In this document: piece after piece, positions 1 to 12,175 of the stretch
Layout of the letters: each line of letters begins with the position of its first letter
How positions within the stretch are numbered: the first letter of the stretch is position 1
DNA from: Reclinomonas americana ATCC 50394
Lineage: Eukaryota
Assembly (NCBI GenBank): GCA_048213135.1
Contig: PS015203.1
Location: 1-64,000, forward strand
Direction: 5' to 3'
Length of the DNA: 64,000 nucleotides
The notes under the pieces: model-generated
Database searches by the model: none
What the model was told of the DNA's origin: nothing
Seen by the model: the letters and a program-made list of their open reading frames with translations, nothing else
Translations under genes and position numbers: made by a program

Positions 1-1030
1 GACGGCCAAGAGCGAGGTGATGCAGTTGAAAGACGCCCTGTTGCGTGCCATGGCGGGCGGTGCTTCTCACAGTCGGGGACCGACACCCACGGGCGAAGCG
101 CCACCGCCGCCACCACGATCCGCATCGGCGTCGGCATCCTCCTCCCGCCCCAGTTCTGCTCGCCACCATCACCAGGGCCAACAACAGCAGCAGCAACAGC
201 AGCAACAAGAACACGCTCCTCCAAGTCGCCCATCGAGTGGCAGGAAGGCGGGGAGGAAGAGCACAGAGCCGGAGTGGGCGCGCCAGTCACCATATGCGGC
301 GCCAGTGACATTCGGTGCCGCACACCATCCACCATCGCCTCCTCCATCGCCTCCTGCGCTGCTGCTGCCGCAGCCGCCACCACCACCACCACTGTTGGAA
401 ACCTCGACGGCGCCCGACGGCAAGTGGGCGCTGCGGCTGCGGGGACTGACGGCTCGTGAGCGAGTCGACATGGTGTTGCAGTCCACCGACGAGGAGCTGA
501 CGGAGCGTGGTAATCACCAGCGTCAGCGAGCGTCGGCCAGTAGCGTCCGAAGTGCTGGCATTGTGCACAGTGGGCCCGTCAGCGCACGCTCACACGAGCT
601 CACGGCGCTGGTGATGATGGAGATGGGCGGGGTCACGGACAATCTCCCACTGCCGTCCGGTTCAGCAGCCTCCTCTCGTGCGACGAGCGCCGCCAGCTCG
701 CGGCCACCGAGCGCCAGACAGTCACGTCCCAGTAGTGCACGCTCTACGGCTAGCGCCGTAGCAACAGCGGATTCTGGTGACGTGATACACCGCAAGGATC
801 GACTGAAAAAGGCCAACATGCTGCTGCGCCAGGCCGGTATCGTGATGCCGACGGGAGCCCCCAGCGACGACGGTTCCGACACGTTCCTCGACAGCCACTC
901 ACGCGGTTCGTCACCACAACGCAAGTCGGTGTCACCGAGGATACGCAGGCAGTCCAAGGCCACCAGCGGCTCACAATACCGATCGAGCTCGGTCGAGCGT
1001 GCCCATCGGCCTGCTCAATATCTGATGTGA
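1..1030 (+). CDS. 3' part of a low-complexity Ser/Pro/Arg/Gln-rich protein (5' end outside window)
   Basis: Uninterrupted ORF 17-1030 with recurrent RPSSAR-type motifs and polyQ/polyP; no recognisable domain. Confidence 0.55.
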   Translation, partial: TAKSEVMQLKDALLRAMAGGASHSRGPTPTGEAPPPPPRSASASASSSRPSSARHHHQGQQQQQQQQQQEHAPPSRPSSGRKAGRKSTEPEWARQSPYAAPVTFGAAHHPPSPPPSPPALLLPQPPPPPPLLETSTAPDGKWALRLRGLTARERVDMVLQSTDEELTERGNHQRQRASASSVRSAGIVHSGPVSARSHELTALVMMEMGGVTDNLPLPSGSAASSRATSAASSRPPSARQSRPSSARSTASAVATADSGDVIHRKDRLKKANMLLRQAGIVMPTGAPSDDGSDTFLDSHSRGSSPQRKSVSPRIRRQSKATSGSQYRSSSVERAHRPAQYLM

Positions 1031-1078
1031 TGATGATGATGACGCGCAATATACCTATATAATGATGTCTTTTGTGCT

Positions 1079-4000
1079 CTACATGTAATGGAATCCCTCT
1101 CCGGCCACCGCTGCAGCAGGTGTAACGTGTGCATGAGGAACAAAAGGTTGACTTGTGCACACGGTGGCGAACCAACCAAAGGACACATACCGTGACAGAC
1201 GGCCAACTCCATGGTGCGTCGCAGTTGGTCGAAATCGGTGTGTGGATGCAGTTCCATAGAGAGGCCACTGGAATACGAGAAGACGAATGAGGGGGAAAAG
1301 GAAGGGCGGGAACGATTAACAAGGAGAAACGGCAATACAAACCAGACGTGAGCTGCAATTCACACAGAGAGTCACAGTCAATGAATCTCATCAAAAAAAA
1401 AAAACAAACACCAAAAAGTGGAAGCAACAGCTCACCAATCGGCAAGTGCTGAGGAGAACTCGTGCTGTTGTAGATGGTGATCTTGGCGTTGCTGAGCTGA
1501 TGGTCCGAAGGGTTGGCAAATCGCCCCGACGGCAGTGCAGGGAGTCCTGCGATGAGCTCGACTGAGTGAGTGCAACACATGGCAGTCACTCACGTACGTG
1601 AAAACACCACGGTTACCGGTGACAAACTCGAGGAAACACAGGAGGTTGGCCGGTGCCTCTCTCTCCCACGTGGTGAACAGTTGCGTCACGAGCTCTGCGT
1701 CGCATGTGCGTCATCGTTAGTAATATATTTGCAATGCTGCCACGCCGCCTTCTTGCACAACGCACCCGGAGTGGGAGTCGCTTCAAAGTTCGAAAAGATA
1801 ACGTGCTCCAACAGCTGCGCGGCACTGATGTTGCGATTGCCGCAAGCAAGAACACTCAGCTCATGCGGCTGCAACAGCGAAACCTGTGGCGCGCACAGTC
1901 GGCGTTCAGCATGGTGGTTTGTGGGAGTACACAGCAGCGCATCACGAAACCTCATCGACAAGTTCACGAGCGCTCACAAATCCGTGGAAGCCCTCGTGCA
2001 TGGCGTCGAGAGCCTGCTGGTGGCGCTCCACAAGTACGTGGCGGACCATACGCGACACAAAGACGCTCTTGTTGACATTGGTGACAGGCGCTGCTGGTTC
2101 GCCCTCTGCAATCACCAAACAAATGTCAGCAGCACATGAGCACGCCGCACACGCGACGCGAACAAAGGGAGTAACCGATATCCGAGAAATCGAGGCCCAG
2201 ATTGCTCTCGGGATCGGGGTCGGCCAGGATCATGCGCAGTGTGCGGGCGTATTCCGGATCGTACACCTGTGCGCAATAGGGGGTGAGGAGCCGACCAATG
2301 ACGGGAGACGACTTCACAGAGTGAAAAAGACACCTCCATATCGCGCAAATCCACCGGAGCCTCCTTGTTAACAAGGTACTTCCAGAACGAAGGACTGTGT
2401 GGAGAGCGGATGAGGCGAAGAGCGCAGATGACGGTACAGTTTGTGCAAGCGACGCAACGGGAACGTGTCGGCAGGAATCAGGCGCTGGTCCCACATGGCC
2501 CGACCAATCATGGTACCGATACGCTGGACAAACACACACACACACGCACATGAGCAAGTGCGTCGCAGCGCAGTGTTCGCCAATATGGAAAACCTTGAAC
2601 GGTATCACATCCGACAGTCCACGCTTCGGCAAGCAGCCAATGCCTGATCCGCGCTCAAACAGATCTTGCGCGTCGAGCAGAGCGCGGAAGAATGCCGTAT
2701 AAAAGTTGGTAAGCAGACCGCCACCATCATATCCGGCCTCGTCTGTGTACATAGCACAATCAGCCTCAGCATGCTGCCACATTGTCGCAAAAGAGCGGCA
2801 GGGAGTGTGGAACCTGCAAAGCGGATCTTGAACTCGGAAGTCCACCACCCATTTGTCATGTCGTCTTGCATTTGTTCAAGAGCATCGACAACCAAATGCT
2901 CTCGGCGGACGCTCACAGAGATCGAGTCCGATGTCTGGAACCGCCGGCTCTCGGCAAAGCGCTGTCGAATGACGCGGACCTGGTCGCAGCGAGAGAGCCC
3001 GTGAGGAAGAGGTGTGAAGAGGAGAGTGGGAAAGGGAGTCGCAGACCTTGGTATCGGAATCGCTGTGCGATGCCGAGGCACCATTCGACGGTGCTGGCAG
3101 GAAGAACATGGCGTGCGAAGCAACTTCGGTTGCCGACAGCCGCCGCGACGGATCCATCACCAAGACGTCACGCAGCAGCGTCTCGCACTGTGCACACGTC
3201 GACTGATCAGCTCAGCACCTTTGCTGTGGCAAGTGCATCCACTACTCACCTCACTGTCGACCATGGTAGCAGGCAGCTGCAGCTGCTCGTCGGCGCCATA
3301 CACAACGTCGGCATTGATGCTGGAAAATACTTTCAGCAACACAACGCCATACGCCCAAATGTCGGCGGCCGCCGACAGCGTCAGTGCGCCGTGACGCAGC
3401 ACTTCGGGTGCACATCCAACGCCAGACGGCAGTCGCCACTGCCGCACATCAGCCGGCAACATATCGCGCCCCGACGTGTCGAATGCCGCGTCGAAGCCGA
3501 CCAGTTTGGGTTGCTTAGAGACGTCGAGCACGACCGATTGCAGACAGAGGCGGGTGTGCGCGATATCGTGCGAGTGCAGAAATGCCAGCGTCTGAGCAAT
3601 AAGGTAAATAAGCAGAGTAGGGTACGCGAGTGGGACTTGTATAAAACCGCAACATCTGCAACCCGGTGTAGAACAGTCAGCTTTTCGCCTTTGCTGGGGT
3701 GCGCACCCAGCCACTGCCGTGTGCACAGGGAGCGTAGTGAGCATCGTGACCAGCCACGTTGTCACCAAAGTCGCACTCACCGTGGCCAACGAGCCGCCAG
3801 AGTAGTACGCGGTTTCCAGATAGGCGACGTTGCCGTCCACGAAGAAGCCGTACGCCTCCTCGATGCCCGGATGTTGCAGGTTCAGTAGCACGCTGCACAG
3901 CATCAGGCAAGGTGAGGAGCAGGCACAGAATTATGCACGTGCTACATCGCCTCCCGCACTTGGCAGCGTTGACAAACAGGTCCAACTCGGACGGCAGATG

Positions 4001-5610
4001 GAACGGCTTGAGGACGCACTGGCGACCTTGCCGTTCGGCCAGTTGAGAGCGCCGGCCGATGCTGCACGACAGCCACAATTGTGAGGGGAAAAGAAGCACA
4101 GCGGGTATTCTCTATCCGACGATGCCCACGCACCGTCCGCCAATCGTGTAATCGCTGAGCGAGTGGTTGAGGAAACGCTCACTCTCGCGGAGCCAGCGCG
4201 GGAAGTGCATGAGATGCGCCGAGGCACCGGTGGCCAACACCGAGGCGCGCACGGGCATAATGGCAGAATCGAAGAGAACCAAATGCTCGGGGAAGGAGTA
4301 CTGTGTGTGTGTTGGCAGGGTCACGTATGCGCGCAGCTTCGATGGAGGAAATAAAAGTGCCGCACCTGATTGGCAGTGACTTCGCTCTTGAGCGCGGCAA
4401 ACTCCTGCTCCAGCGCACGAGCGCGTTCCTGCGCAAGCCGCCACTGTCGCTCATCCTCAGCCAACACGGACGGCGGTGCACCGCGCAGTGCATCCTTGTC
4501 CAGCTTGTACTTGGTGTCGAGAAGTTCGTCTTGCGCGGCGAAAATGTCGGAACGCAAGCGACTCACTCGCTGACTCATTGCGTCCCACAGCGCCGATCCG
4601 TCTTTTGTCGCACGCGCAGTGAGTGGCTGGCACACGCGACGGAGCACAGTGAATCGCAACTGACCTTGGTCGGCGTGCGAGGCACTCCGCAGACCAGGCA
4701 CCGTCGAGAACTCGGCCACGAAGGCGCGCACTGAACTCACGCGGAACCGCAGCGCCTCTGTGGCCCGCGAGTTGACGTCCAGCAGACCGTCGAGCTTCTC
4801 CGCCGCCTCGAGAATCCGGTCCGTGAATGAAGCCGTCTGTCCACATTGTCACACGACTGCGGCATGAGTGTGTTTGTGTATGCAAGGGTGGAGACTTACC
4901 TCGTTGTCCAAGGCGAGGAGGAATTCGGCGGCCAGTCGTGCATGGCGACTGGCACTCTTGGCCTTCTTGTTGGTGCGCCCGCCACCCAGCTGCTTGCGAT
5001 CGCGCTGAATGCTGACGAAATTCGTGTTGACCTCGGCCACCACCGCCGGACCACGCTCGGCAAACCACGCCGCCACGTCGCAGAGCAGACCGTTCACCGA
5101 ATCAAACAGCGACGACACGTCAAAGACGCGCTCGGCGGGCGCGATTGAGCCGAGACGGGCGAGCAGCACTGCGATGCGGGGTGCGTGAGAGAGAGAAGGG
5201 AGAGAAACACGGAAACTTTGCACACCTTCTTGGTCCTCCTCAATCGACAAAACAGCAGCGCCGCTGTGCTGCTCCTCCGCTGCTGCTTCCTCGCTCACGT
5301 CGTCGTCATCATCATCCTCTCCATCATCATCATCGTCCTCATCATCATCGTCGTCATCGTCGCCATAGCCAAGCATCGCATCCTCCGCAGCCTGACGCTC
5401 GACCTCAAACTCCTCACGCAGTCGCTTCAGCTCACGACGCGTCGTGCTGCTCGTGGCCAGCACAGTGGCCAGACGGCGCTCGTGTTGACCCAGAGCCGCT
5501 CGCAGCGAGGCTTGGCACGCCACGGCCGCCGGCGCGCACCGTGCACGAGCCGCCTGCCGCCGAGAAATCGCCTCAAGAACTCGACCGCACAACTCGCTGG
5601 CGTCTCGGTC
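1079..5610 (-). CDS. Coiled-coil + protein-kinase-like (probable pseudokinase) + HECT E3 ubiquitin ligase; multi-exon, 5' end lost at microsatellite/gap
   Basis: Kinase motifs CVLKPF, LNLQHPGI, YYSGGSL, APEVL, ADIWAYGVVL (~3100-4100). HECT N-lobe VRREHLVVDAL...IRFA..EAGYDGGGL (~2700-2950), FLEFVTG, spliced LPIAHVC catalytic Cys (~1340-1440), terminal GEGFHYM* with Phe at -4; stop at 1079-1081. Confidence 0.8.
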
Positions 5611-5650
5611 GGGCACTACGTGTGAGTGAGCAAGTGAGTGAGTGAGAGGA

Positions 5651-5772
5651 AGGAGGAGGAGGAGGAGGAGGAGGAGGAGGAGGAGGAGGAGGAGGAGGAG
5701 GAGGAGGAGGAGGAGGAGGAGGAGGAGGAGGAGGAGGAGGAGGAGGAGGAGGAGGAGGAGGAGGAGGAGGAG

Positions 5773-5812
<40 letters not shown>
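5651..5812. repeat. (GAG)n microsatellite followed by (GA)n, ending at a gap
   Basis: Directly visible perfect repeats. Confidence 0.97.
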
Positions 5813-5813
<1 letters not shown>

Positions 5814-5833
5814 NNNNNNNNNNNNNNNNNNNN

Positions 5834-6837
5834 CGATGGCACGTGTCAGTGCAATGCGAATTATTACGGTGCATCGTGCAGCGTGAACTGCGTGGCAGCC
5901 ACGACATGCTCTGGCAACGGCACATGCAAGAGCGACGGTACATGCCAGTGCAGCGCCGACTACTACGGTGCGTCGTGCAACGTGAACTGCGTTGCAGCCA
6001 CGACATGCTCTGGCAACGGCACATGCAAGAGTGACGGCACGTGCCAGTGCAGCGCCAACTACTACGGTGCGTCGTGCAACGTGAACTGCGTTGCAGCCAC
6101 CAACTGCTCTGGCAACGGAACGTGCAAGAGTGACGGTACGTGCCAGTGCACTGGCGATTACACGAACGCCAGCTGCAACTGTAGTCCGTCTTCGACATGC
6201 TCCGGCAATGGCACATGCAAGAATGACGGAACGTGTCAGTGCAACGCCAACTACTACGGTGCGTCGTGCAACGTGAGCTGCGTGGCATCCACCACCTGCT
6301 CTGGCAACGGAACGTGCAAGAGTGCCGGCACATGCCAGTGCACGGGCGACTACACCAACGCCAGCTGCAATTGCAGTCCTTCGGTGACATGCTCCGGCAA
6401 CGGCACATGCAAGAACGATGGCACGTGTCAGTGCAATGCGAATTATTACGGTGCATCATGCAACGTGAACTGCGTGGCAGCCACGACATGCTCTGGCAAC
6501 GGCACATGCAAGAGCGACGGTACATGCCAGTGCAGTACCAACTACTACAGTACCTCGTGCAACAAGTTCTGTGCGTCTTTCTTGACGTGCTCTGGCAACG
6601 GCACGTGCAAGAGCGACGGAACATGCCAGTGCACTGGCGACTACACGAACGCCAGCTGCAACTGCAGTCCGTCAGTGACGTGCTCTGGCAATGGCATATG
6701 CAAGACTGACGGAACGTGTCAGTGCAACGCCAACTACTACGGTGCGTCGTGCAGCGTGAACTGCGTCGCAGGCACGACATGCTCTGGAAACGGTGCATGT
6801 AAGAGCGATGGTACATGTCAGTGCAACACCAACTACC
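5834..6837 (+). CDS. Tandem EGF-like repeats (CSGNGTCKSDGTCQC..NYYGASC); probably a flipped contig belonging to the neighbouring minus-strand gene
   Basis: About 10 repeats of the same unit found at 6868-7480 on the - strand; bounded by gaps on both sides. Confidence 0.8.
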
Positions 6838-6867
6838 NNNNNNNNNNNNNNNNNNNNNNNNNNNNNN

Positions 6868-9485
6868 TTCTTGCATGTGCCGTTGCCGGAGCATGTCACC
6901 GAAGGACTGCAATTGCAGCTGGCATTCGTGTAGTCGCCCATGCACTGGCATGTGCCGTCACTCTTGCATGTGCCGTTGCCAGAGCAGTTGGTGGCAGCAA
7001 CGCAGTTGACATTGCACGATGTACCGTAGTAGTTGGCGTTGCACTGACACGTTCCGTCATTCTTGCATGTGCCGTTGCCGGAGCATGTCGAAGACGGACT
7101 ACAGTTGCAGCTGGCGTTCGTGTAATCGCCAGTGCACTGGCACGTACCGTCACTCTTGCACGTTCCGTAGCCAGAGCAGTTGGTGGCTGCAACGCAGTTC
7201 ACGTTGCACGACGCACCGTAGTACTTGGCGCTGCACTGGCACGTGCCGTCACTCTTGCATGTGCCGTTGCCGGAGCACGTCACTGACTGACTGCAGTTGC
7301 AGCTGGCATTCGTGTAGTCGCCCGTGCACTCGCATGTGCCGTCACTCTTGCATGTGCCGTTGCCAGAGCAGTTGGTGGCAGCAACGCAGTTCACGTTGCA
7401 CGACGAGCCGTAATAGTTGGCATTGCACTGACAAGTTCCGTCGCTCTTGCATGTGCCGTTGCCGGAGCAAGTGAGAGACGCTACACACAACTGCACTTCC
7501 GCGCATGACTCCACCAACTCGTTCTCGAACGACGTAGAAGCGATCTGGCCTGCAGCGTCTGTCGTAAACTGCACCACACGCCACCAGACATAACTGTTGG
7601 GATTGTTGGTCGGCACCCTCAGCGGCTGCAGGCGACCCGTCTCGTCAATGTATAACACAGATGCACCTGACGACTCGAGCGGCGCAGTCGAGCCATTGCT
7701 CTGCGGCACCACATTCACACAGTACGTGTAGGTGGCACTCGAGCTCAACTGCGTCACCACTGTAGTCTCCACGCCCACTGCGCCGACGACGATGTCTTGA
7801 TCGATGAAGGCAAAAGGCGCAGACGTCGCAGCGCCGTATCCAAAGATTGCACTATCGGCCGTGAGTACGCTGCCGGCACTCTTGGTTATCGTCGACACGA
7901 CTGGCGGCAGCCGCAGCCGCTTGACGAGCGGCGCCCCTACCACGTAGTTGTCGAAGGGATCGGCAAGGAAGCCGTCCAAGTCGGTAGTCGCGTGAGTCTC
8001 CCACGACAGCAGCAGTGTCACCGGGAACGACCCTGGGACGTCGATGACCAAGTCGCCAATGTCGGCCGTCTGGCCCAGCGCAGGTGTAACGTACGACACA
8101 TCGGGCGCAGTGAAACCGCGATACTGGGCGCCAATGGCAATCTGCTCACCACCGCCCTTGGCAATCATCGTAAAGCGTCCGTCAGCATCGGTCGGCACGG
8201 TGTAGTAGCCGTTGTAGCTCACGCCATAGTGGTGAACGGTGGAGCCGATCAGCGACCGACCATTGCTCGACACCACACGCCCAGTGATAAACGCTCGCGT
8301 AAACACTTGGTCAAAGTTCCAGAAGGAAAAGTGTGTCACTCTGCGTACCAAAAGCAACGTCAGCCTCACGGACACAGAGACACACAACCACTTGCGGACT
8401 CACATTCCACCATAAGTATCATCCTCTGTCCGGAACACAGCCTCGCCCTCCTCAACCCAGATGCCGAGCTGCGCATCAAAGTACCACAGTGGAATCGAGT
8501 TCACACCCAGCAACGACGACTGCCCGGCCCGTGGAAGCGAAACACGCGCGCCCACGGTCGGATCCAACTTGGGAACGACGCCGTCATCCCGCGGATAGAT
8601 GGTTGCCACAAAGAAGCCAAAGCTCTCAATCGGCGCCTCGAGCTCACCGTTGCTTGCCGTTCGGCCAATCAGAAGGCCAGGCAACGCGAACACGTCAGTT
8701 GACGTGGAAAACGTGAAGTCTGAGAACGCAATTGTCACCGGGTTGGTGTCGAGATCCGTCAGCGTCTTCCCAGTGGCCGAGTCCATAAACGCAAGCGGCG
8801 GAATGGAGACTGCAATACGGGCGTTGCGAGTTGCGTCGTCACTTGAGAGGATGCCGCCACTCGAATCGATGGTGAACAGCTGGTCAGCAGTCACCAGGCG
8901 AATCTCCGTCGTTGTGATGATGCCGGCCGCTACCGCCACCGTGCGGAATGTATCGTGGTATGCGACCGCCGATGCACGCAGCACTGTGCGCTCCGAAACA
9001 GGCACATTGGCGATCACGAACGTGCCAGTGGCGCCGGTGGTCACTGCGCCCACACCATCGATTGAGACCAGAACGTTGGCAAGCGGGCGACCGTCAGAAG
9101 AAGTGAGGTCGAGAACGGTGCCTGTCACAATGCCGAACGGGGTAGAGCTGTGTGTGGGAGAGACAAGAGTCAGTTGCTGACGGAACGATGCAGCAGCTGC
9201 AATCATCCACGGACCACTGCCGATCACTGGTGGCCGTCGGAACCTCCAGTTCGATCTCGCCGCGACCGCACACCTTTGCCAACTGGCATGTGCGATCAGC
9301 CGTGGTTGAGCAGGCGGCTGACTGGAACTGACCAGCTGGGCAGCTCCCGGTGGAGCACAGAGAGCAGACGCGGTCGGCGGTGGCCGAGCAGGCAGCCGAC
9401 TGGAACTGACCAGCCGGGCAGTTGCCGGTGGAGCACGGAGTGCAGACACGATCGGCGGTGGCCGAGCAGGCGGCCGACTGGAACT
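6868..9485 (-). CDS. Large extracellular protein, middle/C part: TNFR-like Cys repeats, carboxypeptidase-regulatory-like beta-sandwich region, EGF-like repeats
   Basis: CPAGQFQSAACSATADRVC repeats; GIVTGTVLD..GRPLANVLVSI; IESFGFF; SIPLWYFDAQLGIWVEEG; THFSFWNFD; LLSWET..DLDG; EGF repeats at 6868-7480. Confidence 0.75.
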
Positions 9486-9505
9486 NNNNNNNNNNNNNNN
9501 NNNNN

Positions 9506-10550
9506 CGACGATCTTCTCCGTCCGAGAGCGAGAGCCAGCCGCTGGGCGTGATAATTGACGCCATCGCCCGCCGCTGCATCATCCACCGACATGACACAGT
9601 CACCCGCCCCATCCATACCACCAACCGAGCCACCACCATCTCCGAGTCCAGGACTGGGGAGTCGCATGCCACCAGTGGCCTCCAGCCGCTCCACCGCACC
9701 AGCCACCTGTATCAGCAACGCCAGCGACGAAAGCGCCGGCTGTGACGACGCGGGCGGTGGCGGCGTCGCTGGAGGCGACATCATGGCGGCCGGCGGCTGC
9801 GTGTCACACACCATCATCGGCACCGCCGTGCTGACCATGGTCACCACCGACGTGGTGCCGGTGCCGCCGGGCGAACTCGAACCACTGCTTCCCAACGACG
9901 ACGGCGGCGGTCGCAGCGTCGGCTGACTCTGCCGTTGCGCTCTCCACGTGCCCGTTTGCCCCGAGAACACCTTGGCATTGGTGAGCGACACACGTCGTGG
10001 CGCAGCGGTGGTCGTTGTGGTCGTGGTGGTGGTCAGTGGCGACGCGGCTGCGGGAATGGCCGGCAGCTGCCGCGCCGACAGCGGTGGTGGCACCGCCAGT
10101 AATGACGACGACCGCGGCGACTGCAATGTCAGCGGTGGTGGTGGTGGCGGCGGTGGCGGAGGAGGAGACGGTGACGAGGCATACGATGGCGGTGGCGAGA
10201 GCACAGGCGGCGACAAGCTAATCAGCGGGCCCTCGTCCACTCCCATGAACATGGACGAGGAGGGTGACGGGGAGGCGGAGGAGTGCGTGGTCGGCGAACG
10301 AGACGAGGCCAGCGCAGCCACTCGGAAGCCGGCACTGTTCCAATACATATATGATCACAATGAGCATGATTGATGAAGAATGCGCGCGCGCGAGAGTGTG
10401 AGAATGCGAACGCAACTCGTCTTGCCGCGTGCTGAACTCTGACACGTGGAACTTGACTGGTCGCGCAGTGCCTCCCACAGCGGCTGCTGCGGAGTGTGCT
10501 TGTGCAGAGGCGGGCAGAGAGCGGTGCAGGCGTCGCCGTCTTTCCATGTG
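9506..10550 (-). CDS. Ser/Pro/Thr-rich low-complexity protein, 5' part (truncated by gap)
   Basis: Long - strand ORF to 10348, preceded by a probable first exon MERRRRLHRSLP with a GTTGCG donor near 10416. Confidence 0.45.
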
Positions 10551-12175
10551 ATGATGCGGTTGCGAGGAGGATGAGGAGGAGGACGAGTGGTCGTCATCAC
10601 CACCATCTGTGTGTGTGTGAGAGAGAGAGAGAGAGAGTGGGAATGGAGGGGAGAGAGAGTGGATGGAGAGAGATGTGAGTGTTTTGTCAGACAAAACTCA
10701 TCAATACACGCGCAGCAGACCTTGAGAGTGCATTCGCGCGCTGACGTCAACGCACACACGCACGCACACACACGCAGGCTCACAACGCGAGGAGGTGCAC
10801 ACGCGTGGGGAGTGTGTGTGCGGTGTGTTGTGTGTCTCAGCGTCCCACACGAGTGAACGATGACAGGTTGGACGCAATTGAGCACGGAAAATGTGCGAAA
10901 GTTGACCAATACACCAGTGTCTGAATGCAGGGAGAGTTGGCGTTGCGCGTGGCAGGGCACTCAGAGAATGCGCGGAGGAGAGTGGGAGGAACATGAAGAT
11001 GCGCCACACAGCTCACCACCACCTCCATTTCCGAACCGCGTCGACTGAGGAGTTATATTGATATCGAAATATGTCGGATTCGCATGTATGGTGTACAAAC
11101 GGCAGCCAGCGCAGGCGGCGATGGCGGGAGGGCGATGTGGCGTGCACTGTATCGTGGAAGAGAGGGAGCGGTGACCCACGAAACACTGCACAGCGGTGAA
11201 ATGCGGATGTCCGGTTTTGGCATGGCGATCGGAATTTGAAGCTTAAGGGCCTGCAAATCTGCAACCTCCCGCGTTTGAACTCCACAGCGCGCGTGTGCGT
11301 GTGCAGGGTCATGTTACACGGACATACCTGCTCACACTGCGCACGCACGGAGTGAGAGATCTAGACTGCCGCGAGATATCAATGCCGGCGCCGGCAATTG
11401 TTTGGCCATGGCCACGCAGGGTGTCGATATCTCGTGGCCGCTGTCTCCTGCACATGCAAGCCGGTTTGTGCACAGCAGTGCAGACTGCAGCTGTGCGGTC
11501 AGGAGAGGCTGATCGTCTGCAAGAGCGCATGCAAAGCACTGCACGCAGCGCGCTCGCATTTCCCTGCGTGTGCGTGCGCACGTCTGCAACCGCTCTCCGC
11601 GCTCCGGGAAGCACTGCCACATATGGAAATCGCAAAACGGGGTCTGCAAGCGTCGCAGTGCAAAGCCAAGCGTCTAAAAAGTCACGAGAGCCAGATTGGT
11701 TGACCACCGACGTCTCCGAAATGCCATCGCCATGCACGGCATACCGCCTCCTCGCCCGGGCCCGCCTCTCGCTGCGTACCACCATCGATAATCCACACTT
11801 CTCCACACGCCGCGTCGCAAGAAAAACGAATGCATTGACAGGAGTGGGACAAGTCGACGTTTTGTGCAAGCACTCTTCTCTCCTCAGCCTCCTCGCACCA
11901 GCGCGTTTGTGCTCATTCCACATGTCAGTCTGCAGCGATGCCGACTCGGCCGCTGGCAGCATCTGTTGCGCGTGTCACGATTGTCGGGTCATCGATCACA
12001 GCTCGCACAGAAACTATTTGTGATGATTTGGTGTTGTGTTGATGTTTCGGATATATATGGTTGGACTTGGTCATCAAGGCAGCTGTTACTTGTTTGGTTG
12101 GTGAATGAAGTTGTTGTTGTAGTTTGACGCGACGTCGCGTCATCCGCCAATTTTTCCGGTCGCGCTGCTGTTCTG

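Noticed and set aside
5573-6034. PolyE/polyR/polyP/polyL ORFs
   Set aside because: These are translations of the (GAG)n microsatellite.
5834-7480. Regular ~90-100 bp repeats forming a large apparent inverted repeat; possible CRISPR array or hairpin element
   Set aside because: The repeats are codon-degenerate EGF-coding units without unique spacers; the inversion centre is an assembly gap.
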